Shown here piece after piece: positions 25,766-32,000 of a stretch of DNA of 32,000 bases (positions within the stretch are counted from its first letter, which is position 1; each line of letters begins with the position of its first letter). Below the pieces are notes generated by a model that saw only the letters and a program-made list of their open reading frames with translations, made no database searches and was not told the origin of the DNA. A program made the translations under genes and the position numbers. The stretch comes from Candidatus Saccharimonadota bacterium (GTDB lineage Bacteria; Patescibacteriota; Saccharimonadia; Saccharimonadales; UBA4665), in the NCBI GenBank assembly GCA_002952755.1, contig CP025011.1, positions 1,200,001 through 1,232,000 on the forward strand, read 5' to 3'.

Positions 25766-26401
25766 CTATTTCGTTACTAATTTGAGTAGTTCTGTGGGGC
25801 GATCGATGATACGGTTAGCGTGCGCCTGCTTAAGAGCATGCCGATTATTATAGCCCCATGCCACGGCCACGTAAGGCATACCAGCACGTCTAGCGGCCTC
25901 CACATCACGTATCTCGTCGCCAACATAGTAACATTCGCTCAACGGTATTTGGCGCTCCTGTGTAATTTTAGTTAGAGTGCGCGCTTTAGAAAAGAGTCCA
26001 ATACCACCATATACTTGCTCGAAGTACTGCTCCATGCCGTTATTCTGTAAAAAGAGGCTAATATTTCGGTTACTATTAGTACTTACAATTAGCAGCCGGT
26101 GCCCATCAGCATGTAATTGTGCAACTACTCCCTTCACACCCTTGATTGCCTGCACCTGGCTCATTTGCTGTCGCACGGCTTTACGACCCTCGTACACAAT
26201 ATAGGGCAATTGCCACCATCGTGCTCCTACCCGCTTAAGGGCCTGGCGCGCAGATAAACCACGTAAAATTTCAATCTCTTCGTCGTCTGTTGCACGACTG
26301 CTGCGTATACGCCTGGTGAGCTTACGAAATACTCCAACCGCTATAAAGAATGTATCTGCCAGTGTCCCATCAAAGTCAAAAATCAGTGTACTCATTGACA
26401 A
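25766..26401 (-). CDS. HAD-IA family hydrolase (phosphoglycolate-phosphatase-like)
   Basis: The HAD motifs are present: motif I FDFDGTLADT, motif II VSTNS and motif III/IV K...YVGDEIRD. Confidence 0.85.
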   Translation of the reverse strand: MSMSTLIFDFDGTLADTFFIAVGVFRKLTRRIRSSRATDDEEIEILRGLSARQALKRVGARWWQLPYIVYEGRKAVRQQMSQVQAIKGVKGVVAQLHADGHRLLIVSTNSNRNISLFLQNNGMEQYFEQVYGGIGLFSKARTLTKITQERQIPLSECYYVGDEIRDVEAARRAGMPYVAVAWGYNNRHALKQAHANRIIDRPTELLKLVTK

Positions 26402-26410
26402 TAATCAAAT

Positions 26411-27226
26411 CTAACGCACTCCTGTTGCGACCTGCCATGCAACTGCGCTAGCCATAGCAAAACCGAGTAGCAGATACATCTTTTCTGTATAGACAACGTT
26501 CGTCCATTGGCCACGCCCTTTCCACCGGAAAGCGGTAGCCATAACAAACGCTCCCGAGAATATGAAGGTACTCGCATAGACTGCCCAAAGATACGCGGGC
26601 ACGTGACCACCATATGCAGCAGCAGCTACAACACTCTTTATAATAACCACCCACGGCATAACTGCGCCCACTCCAGCCAACACCGCCAGCAACTTATGCA
26701 AACCAGAGCGATTCGCACCGAGTAGCTCTACCGACAATGCAAGAAGTGAGGCCAAAAATACACTCATCCATATAAAACTAAGTGTTGTGAGATCATTCAG
26801 GCCACTCATAAGGCTAAGTGTCGTGAGTATCAGACCGCCGCCAAGACCAATCGTCAACCATCGTATCTTATTCACTCCACGCTCCAAGCTCGCCAGGTAT
26901 TTCTTTTTACCTGAAGTAGCAGCGTACATATGCCCGGCTGCAAAAATAAGCAAGAAAGCGACCGCCACGTACGACAAGCGTACATCAAATAAATGCCGCG
27001 TTGCCGTCGCGAGCACCTGGTGCTTATTGGCCGTGGTGGCAAGTTGGTCGACAGAGGGGTATCGCACTGTTATTGCTTCACTAAATTTATTGCCAACGAT
27101 TACCACACCTACGGCTTGCGCCGCTAGGAATAGCGCTGCTCTTAGATTCCATATACCTAATGTTTGTTGTTTTGCGGGCGCGACAACTGTCTCGCTCTTC
27201 TTATTCGTCGTTGCTTTTTTTGCCAT
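26411..27226 (-). CDS. Heliorhodopsin-family 7-TM protein apparently lacking the retinal-binding Lys
   Basis: It has seven TM helices. YLASLERGVNKIRWLTIGLGGG and RWKGRGQWTNVVYTEKMYLLLGFAMASAVAWQVATG align, from my memory of heliorhodopsin 48C12, to YSASLMKNQNIFRWVEYSLSSS and QYKGKGKWSNYLRGERAYIVLSLVAKSALAWQIFSG. The Schiff-base Lys position is Ala and the counterion Glu position is Thr. Confidence 0.7.
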   Translation of the reverse strand: MAKKATTNKKSETVVAPAKQQTLGIWNLRAALFLAAQAVGVVIVGNKFSEAITVRYPSVDQLATTANKHQVLATATRHLFDVRLSYVAVAFLLIFAAGHMYAATSGKKKYLASLERGVNKIRWLTIGLGGGLILTTLSLMSGLNDLTTLSFIWMSVFLASLLALSVELLGANRSGLHKLLAVLAGVGAVMPWVVIIKSVVAAAAYGGHVPAYLWAVYASTFIFSGAFVMATAFRWKGRGQWTNVVYTEKMYLLLGFAMASAVAWQVATGVR

Positions 27227-27232
27227 AGGTTA

Positions 27233-27241
27233 ACTATAGCA
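27233..27241 (-). promoter_or_regulatory. Extended -10 element (TGCTATAGT) for the heliorhodopsin-like gene, in leaderless geometry
   Basis: On the minus strand, TGCTATAGT (27241..27233) is followed by 6 nt (taacct) and then the ATG at 27226. There is no SD. Confidence 0.5.
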
Positions 27242-27321
27242 CTACTCTTGGCTGTCGCCTATCGGAGCGTGGGGATCTGGCCATCACTTCAACCTTCAAG
27301 GCTAGGCAAGCGTTTTTCGCC

Positions 27322-27807
27322 CTACAAAGGCTCGTACGGAACAAGGCCTACGCCTATGCCGGTCTTTTCGCTAAACTTCTGGTGATATTCTTCCGCTTTG
27401 TAAAATGGCCCCGCAGGTGTAATCTCGGTCACTATGCGCGTATCAAGTGCTCGCTGTGTAGCGTTACGGACTTGGATGGCTACGTTATGCTGCTCTTCGT
27501 CGAAATAAAAAATTGTCGAGCGGTATGCATCACCATTATCCGGACCCTGGTACTGTAATTCGGTAGGGTCGTGCAAACGAAAAAAATGCTTAAGGAGTAT
27601 TTCGTAGCTCACTTTGCCCGGATCAAACTCTACAAATGTCACTTCGACATGACCCGTGGATCGAGTTGCCACATCATCATAGGTAGGATTCTTGGTATGC
27701 CCGCCAGTATACCCTACTATTGTCCGCAGTACCCCCGGGATTTGATCAAAATAATACTGGACACCCCAAAAACAACCGGCCGCGAATAGTGCCTTTTGCA
27801 TATTCAT
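27322..27807 (-). CDS. msrA: Peptide methionine (S)-sulfoxide reductase MsrA
   Basis: It carries the catalytic GCFWG motif (FAAGCFWGVQYYF) plus GYTGG and HDPT. The track start at 27825 is a TTG, and in-frame ATGs at 27807 and 27801 are more plausible. Confidence 0.92.
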   Translation of the reverse strand: MNMQKALFAAGCFWGVQYYFDQIPGVLRTIVGYTGGHTKNPTYDDVATRSTGHVEVTFVEFDPGKVSYEILLKHFFRLHDPTELQYQGPDNGDAYRSTIFYFDEEQHNVAIQVRNATQRALDTRIVTEITPAGPFYKAEEYHQKFSEKTGIGVGLVPYEPL

Positions 27808-27905
27808 ACAGCCAGTATATATCAAGCATCAAGCACGAGATCTGGTATACTGATCACATGAATCGCTAGTCCAGCACCTCCCACTAACAGCATAAAGGAC
27901 TAGCT

Positions 27906-29561
27906 ATGCTCGTACATGCAGATATCGAACAAAAAAGTATTGGTAACTCCCTGCTCTTTCAGGGCTTAACTTTCGACGTAGGCGAACATGAAAAGATTGC
28001 CATTATCGGACGGAATGGCGTGGGTAAAACTACCCTGTTTCGCATGTTGGCTGGCGAAGACACCGATTATACCGGCAATATCATTTTTCGTAGTAATGCC
28101 CGTGTGGTAGCCACGCGGCAGGAGCACCATGAAGTCGGCACCCAAACCGTCGTTGAGTACATCCTACGCAATCTGCCGGAATATGCCGATCTGCACCATA
28201 TCATCGAAACTTACCCCCAAACTATGGGCGATAACCTGCCTGCCATTGCCCGTTATAGCGAAGCCCTCGAGCGTTTCCAGACTCTTGATTACTACACTGT
28301 AGAAGATCGCATACGGCGCGCCCTTGACGCATATCAGCTAGGAACTGCTGCTGATCGACCCCTCGCAACACTCAGCGGCGGTCAAAAACGCTTCGTAGAA
28401 CTTATAAGGATTGAATATTCTGCTGCCGATATCGCACTTATCGATGAGCCAACCAACCATATGGATTATGCCGCCAAGCAGGCTTTTTTAGCTTGGTTCC
28501 GCACCACCAAACATGCCGTAGTTGTCATTACACATGACCGCGACCTATTGCAGGAAGTGGAACGAATCGTCGAAATTAAAGACTACGGCGCGCGCAATTT
28601 TAACGGTAACTACAGCGAATACCTATTTCAAAATGCCACTCGCACTGCCGCCGATCTCAACGAATACGACACCATCCAACGTCGTATCGAAAACATTAAG
28701 AAACAGATCCAATCTGCCCGGGCCAAAAAAGCGCGCTGGGGTGGCACAGCCGATAAGAAGAATCCTTTTTTGGTTATTGAGCACAAACTGCTCAAGGAAC
28801 TCAAGGTCCTTGAGGCACAGGATAAACCAAGTTTTTGGATCGATAAAGAGTCGATAGGTGGTATGCGTCCCAATCTTGAAGCCAGCTATCAAAAGCACAA
28901 AGCTAACACCATCCACATCCGCAGGATCATCCATCAGGAGCGCTCACGCGAACTTTTAACCCTCGAAAGCGTGCAGGTTGGCTATGACAAGCCTCTATTT
29001 GCGCCCATCACAATGCGAATTCAGACGGGTGAGCGCATACGCATTGTTGGACGCAACGGGGTTGGTAAGACGACGTTTGTACGAACTATCATCAGAAGCC
29101 TGAGCGAACAGCAACCTCCAACGCTTCTGCATGGCACGATTAAATCAGACCATCAATTACGACTCAATACTTATGAGCAAGAAATTGACCCGACCCTGTT
29201 AAACCTAACGCTCTCTCAAGCTATCGAACACATTTTCAGTGATTTCGGCCTCCCGAGCAATCCCGAAAACATTATGCGCACCTTAAGCGACTATCTCTTC
29301 GACCCGTACGGGGATAGAGAGCATTTAGTAGGCCACCTCTCCGGAGGCCAGAAGGCCCGCTTGCAGCTCATTCGCTTGTTTGCCAATGAGCCGAATATCA
29401 TCATTCTAGACGAACCTACTAATCACCTTGATCTTCCCTCAATTGAAGAGCTGGAGGATGCTCTCAGACAGTATCAGGGAGCACTCGTCTATATTAGCCA
29501 CGACAGCTACCTTGCAGCGCATATTGGCGGCCGAGAGATACCTATTACTCCCCTGCCGTAG
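27906..29561 (+). CDS. ABC-F family ATPase (two tandem ABC domains, no TM domain)
   Basis: It has two Walker A motifs (GRNGVGKTT twice), two signature motifs (LSGGQKRF, LSGGQKARL) and two Walker B motifs (LIDEPTNH, ILDEPTNH). A charged inter-domain linker joins them. An AAAGGA SD is present. Confidence 0.9.
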   Translation: MLVHADIEQKSIGNSLLFQGLTFDVGEHEKIAIIGRNGVGKTTLFRMLAGEDTDYTGNIIFRSNARVVATRQEHHEVGTQTVVEYILRNLPEYADLHHIIETYPQTMGDNLPAIARYSEALERFQTLDYYTVEDRIRRALDAYQLGTAADRPLATLSGGQKRFVELIRIEYSAADIALIDEPTNHMDYAAKQAFLAWFRTTKHAVVVITHDRDLLQEVERIVEIKDYGARNFNGNYSEYLFQNATRTAADLNEYDTIQRRIENIKKQIQSARAKKARWGGTADKKNPFLVIEHKLLKELKVLEAQDKPSFWIDKESIGGMRPNLEASYQKHKANTIHIRRIIHQERSRELLTLESVQVGYDKPLFAPITMRIQTGERIRIVGRNGVGKTTFVRTIIRSLSEQQPPTLLHGTIKSDHQLRLNTYEQEIDPTLLNLTLSQAIEHIFSDFGLPSNPENIMRTLSDYLFDPYGDREHLVGHLSGGQKARLQLIRLFANEPNIIILDEPTNHLDLPSIEELEDALRQYQGALVYISHDSYLAAHIGGREIPITPLP

Positions 29562-29674
29562 GTCAAAGCCCGGTCCGATACAGGCCTGTCCCTCTGGTCC
29601 CCATAGGGGATAATTGATAATCAGCCTTACTAACCAATCATAATGCAGTAACTTCTGGACATTTCTCGCAACTC

Positions 29675-29692
29675 TGTGCACTTCATCGCACA
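29675..29692. promoter_or_regulatory. Inverted repeat TGTGCA-N7-GCACA (operator-like site 1)
   Basis: The sequence tgtgca cttcatc gcaca lies upstream of the TrmB-like gene and shares half-sites with the palindrome at 29731..29747. Confidence 0.4.
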
Positions 29693-29729
29693 AAAATCGC
29701 AGACAGTGGGGTATCGCTGTGGAAAGCAG

Positions 29730-29758
29730 TTGTGCAGAATATGCACAGATACTATACT
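29730..29758 (+). promoter_or_regulatory. Candidate promoter of the TrmB-like gene, overlapped by palindrome TGTGCA-N5-TGCACA (site 2)
   Basis: TTGTGC (29730..29735) is followed by a 17-nt spacer and TATACT (29753..29758), then 7 nt and the ATG at 29766. The perfect 6-bp inverted repeat at 29731..29736 / 29742..29747 covers the -35 and the spacer. There is no SD. Confidence 0.5.
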
Positions 29759-29765
29759 AGTAACT

Positions 29766-30599
29766 ATGTTGACCGCTGTGTCTGCAATACGAAACTACTT
29801 TGCTAAACTCGATTTTGAGCCGGAAATTGCCGACCTCTATCTTGCTTTGCACGCGCATGGACCGCAAAGTATATCCGAGCTCTCACGGAATGCCCAGGTA
29901 GAACGCACCCGCATTTACCGCCTTATCGACCGCTTAATGGAATCCAATCTTATAGAAGTGGAAATGCAGCATAGGCGCGGCATAATAAAAGCGGCCCCAA
30001 TTGCCAATCTGCGAATCCTTATCGCCCAAAAGGCGCAGGACCTCAAAAGCCTGCAAGACGAATTAGAAATGCTTGAACAGGTTTTGGCGCGCAATAGCCT
30101 CAGCGATCCAGCCAGTCGAGTTCAGTTCTACCCTGGACTGGCGGGCCGCAAACAAATGCTATGGAACGAGGCCCAGGCAAAAACGGAGGTACTCTGTATA
30201 ACATCTAGGATCGACCAGCCAAAGACCCATACCACTTTTTACAATCGCTGGGTGGCAGCGTGCAATGCCAATGAGATCCACTTCCGCGAGATCCACAGTG
30301 ACACCTTCCATGAAACTTCTAAAAATTGGTACGCCAAAAGCAATAATGATCACCTCCGCTTTTACGACGCCCGTTGCATAAGTAAGGCACTACTGGCCAT
30401 TACCCACTCCGTAGATATATACGATAACGTGGTCGCCTATTATCTATGGAAGGATGGGGAAATATTCGGTATTGAGATGTACAATCAAGACATCGCCAAT
30501 ATGCAACGGCGTTTCTTTGAGATACTTTGGACACAGGCAACGACTGAGGAGAATTCCTTTCTATCTAGGCCGAAAGCACTCAAGAAGCCTACAAAATAA
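29766..30599 (+). CDS. TrmB-like winged-helix transcriptional regulator with an uncharacterised C-terminal domain
   Basis: The N-terminal IADLYLALHAHGPQSISELSRNAQVERTRIYRLIDRLMESNLIEVE is typical of the TrmB-type wHTH and is followed by a coiled-coil linker. The track start at 29676 is a GTG inside the operator region, so I prefer the ATG at 29766. Confidence 0.7.
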   Translation: MLTAVSAIRNYFAKLDFEPEIADLYLALHAHGPQSISELSRNAQVERTRIYRLIDRLMESNLIEVEMQHRRGIIKAAPIANLRILIAQKAQDLKSLQDELEMLEQVLARNSLSDPASRVQFYPGLAGRKQMLWNEAQAKTEVLCITSRIDQPKTHTTFYNRWVAACNANEIHFREIHSDTFHETSKNWYAKSNNDHLRFYDARCISKALLAITHSVDIYDNVVAYYLWKDGEIFGIEMYNQDIANMQRRFFEILWTQATTEENSFLSRPKALKKPTK

Positions 30600-30634
30600 A
30601 ACTAGCCGGCATAGAGTGAGTATTCAAACCTCCG

Positions 30635-30737
30635 GACACCCATCTCCACTCTCCAAGTAGAGCGTTACACGCAGGCCGACTAAAGTCGGTCTGGTTGCAC
30701 TAAGCTTGACTCTACTTGGAGAGCTGAGATGGGTGTC
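30635..30737. repeat. Structured palindromic element, copy B (core inverted relative to copy A)
   Basis: The arms 30635..30646 / 30726..30737 and 30650..30662 / 30710..30722 are exact complements, separated by a 3x3 internal mismatch (cac / gct). The 47-nt loop at 30663..30709 equals the reverse complement of the copy A loop at 42/47 positions. Confidence 0.9.
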
Positions 30738-30748
30738 TAACTTAGCTA

Positions 30749-30777
30749 TTGACTAAATAGCATAAAGAGTGTACAAT
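30749..30777 (+). promoter_or_regulatory. Sigma70-type promoter of the surface-protein gene
   Basis: TTGACT (30749..30754) is followed by a 17-nt spacer and TACAAT (30772..30777). An AAGGAG SD lies upstream of the ATG at 30832. Confidence 0.65.
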
Positions 30778-30831
30778 TATTTTCATATCTCATTCGGAGC
30801 GAGAGACTTCGGGAGGGAGTAAGGAGTTCAT

Positions 30832-31512
30832 ATGAAGAGTTCTATTAAGATTGTAAGTTCGAGCATCACGGGCGTTGCTATTGCGGGCCTTATTGCCGCT
30901 CCAGCTTTCGCCTGCACACCTAAGGGTGTCATCACCAAATACGTGCAAGATAAAACAACTAATAGTCAGATGGTTGACGCCAATACTGAGGCAAGCGCAT
31001 TAGTCGTACATCCTGGCGATACACTTATCTATACAGTTGTCGTCGGAAACCAAGGTGGTCCATCGGGAGATGGTGTCGATGACATGATCAACACCAAGAT
31101 GACCGACAATTTGCCTACTGGCCTGACGCCTGTAAGCGGCAGCAAAGCCATCGTCGAAGATCTTGGTACAGTCAAAGAACAGAAGACCGTTACTAAGACG
31201 TACACGGTGACCGTAGACGCCAATACCACTAATGGACAGGTCATCACCAACAAAGCTTGCTACACTGGTCAGGCAACCAATAAAGACAGCAAGCAGGACC
31301 AGGCCGGTTGCGATGTTGCCATCATAAAAATAAGCGTCCCCCCTGTTACTCCGCCAGTCACCCCTCCTTCAACCCCTACACCACAACCAGTGCCCCAAAC
31401 ACTCGTTAACACTGGGGCCGGTAACCTCGTTGTTCCAACAGGGGTGGCCGCAAGTCTCGGTTACGCTGGTAACATGCTTCGTCTGAAGCGTCGTGCTAGC
31501 AAGCGCGCCTAA
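30832..31512 (+). CDS. Secreted DUF11-like surface protein with a Pro-rich stalk and an LPXTG-like (LVNTG) cell-wall sorting signal
   Basis: It has a signal peptide (…LIAAPAFA/C) and a DUF11-type segment (GDTLIYTVVVGNQGGPSG ... DNLPTGLTPV). The stalk PPVTPPVTPPSTPTPQPVPQ is followed by LVNTG, a hydrophobic stretch and the basic tail RLKRRASKRA. Confidence 0.8.
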   Translation: MKSSIKIVSSSITGVAIAGLIAAPAFACTPKGVITKYVQDKTTNSQMVDANTEASALVVHPGDTLIYTVVVGNQGGPSGDGVDDMINTKMTDNLPTGLTPVSGSKAIVEDLGTVKEQKTVTKTYTVTVDANTTNGQVITNKACYTGQATNKDSKQDQAGCDVAIIKISVPPVTPPVTPPSTPTPQPVPQTLVNTGAGNLVVPTGVAASLGYAGNMLRLKRRASKRA

Positions 31513-31527
31513 AAATAAACCTACACG

Positions 31528-31556
31528 AAAAGCCTCCATTAAAATGGGGGCTTTTT
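31528..31556. terminator. Rho-independent terminator (bidirectional) between convergent genes
   Basis: The sequence aaaagcctccat-taaa-atgggggcttttt forms a stem with one G-U pair, flanked by an A-run and a T-run. Confidence 0.8.
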
Positions 31557-31569
31557 AGGTTATACCTTA

Positions 31570-31827
31570 CTAATCCTGGGCGCAAACATCCGGGCACATA
31601 ACGCGTAGTCCTTTATATGCTGATTGATGACCTCTGCACAAATCACAGCGAGGCACAGCCGCTTCTGGTGAGCTAATTGGAGGCCGGTTAACAATCGGGC
31701 CAGCTGCTGACGCCCCTTGAGGAACCGCTCTTTCGGCGATCGGAGCGTTATACGGTCCAGCTAGCCCCAGGAAAAGTGCGATGCATCCCACCACATACGC
31801 TCGCCAGCGTGCCAAAAAAACGATCAT
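31570..31827 (-). CDS. Hypothetical small membrane protein with a Cys-rich C-terminus
   Basis: The 85-aa ORF has an N-terminal TM helix (VVGCIALFLGLAGP) and a C-terminal CDLC...C..VC. No homology was recognised. Confidence 0.35.
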   Translation of the reverse strand: MIVFLARWRAYVVGCIALFLGLAGPYNAPIAERAVPQGASAAGPIVNRPPISSPEAAVPRCDLCRGHQSAYKGLRVMCPDVCAQD

Positions 31828-31895
31828 CTTTCTATACCTCCGCTACAAGGGCTACGCATACATACTGACATAACAACAAAATAAGGGCCCTTACG

Positions 31896-32000
31896 CTAGG
31901 TACGCTGCAGGCGACGCTGAAACGCATACCATTTTGCAAAATCATGCCACACACTCTCCGCGGGGACAACATTATTCCCCTCTTCTTCAAGCTCTGCGAC
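31896..32000 (-). CDS. 3' end of an unidentified CDS that runs off the window
   Basis: An open minus-strand frame runs from the window edge to a TAG at 31898..31896 (…VAELEEEGNNVVPAESVWHDFAKWYAFQRRLQRT*). It is too short to assign. Confidence 0.3.
   Translation of the reverse strand, partial: VAELEEEGNNVVPAESVWHDFAKWYAFQRRLQRT

Overview
This 32-kb window is densely packed with about 35 CDS and looks like a small-genome, monoderm-type bacterium of roughly 50% GC by eye. Several features point to a Patescibacteria/Saccharibacteria-like or related lineage, though this taxonomic call is inference only: tight ATGA start/stop overlaps, Firmicutes-like hpf-secA-prfB and ftsE-ftsX-ctp neighbourhoods, a sortase-type sorting signal and a heliorhodopsin-family gene. 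Most genes are housekeeping: recO, xseA/xseB, rpmA, pyrG, ftsE/ftsX, prfB, secA, hpf, serS, msrA and an ABC-F ATPase. I recognised no rRNA, tRNA, CRISPR array, transposase or integrase. Six things stand out. (1) Two copies of a long palindromic structured element lie 25 kb apart at 5707..5819 and 30635..30737. They share a 67-nt core in opposite orientation, their arms differ in sequence but stay self-complementary, and an inner tetraloop hairpin carries two compensatory base-pair swaps. (2) A histidine-kinase-like / receiver-like gene pair upstream of recO has Glu at both phospho-sites (H-box His and receiver Asp). (3) A 7-TM heliorhodopsin-family protein appears to lack both the retinal Schiff-base Lys and the counterion Glu. 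It heads an operon-like run with a HAD phosphatase, an m5U RNA methyltransferase and a Cas4-like nuclease. (4) An FHA-domain protein is driven by a near-consensus promoter whose spacer is a palindrome. (5) Promoters recur with a -10 box 6-9 nt upstream of the ATG, suggesting leaderless mRNAs. (6) A TrmB-like regulator with twin TGTGCA..TGCACA palindromes sits next to a DUF11-type surface protein with a non-canonical LVNTG sorting signal. All homology statements come from motif recognition by eye. No database search was run.
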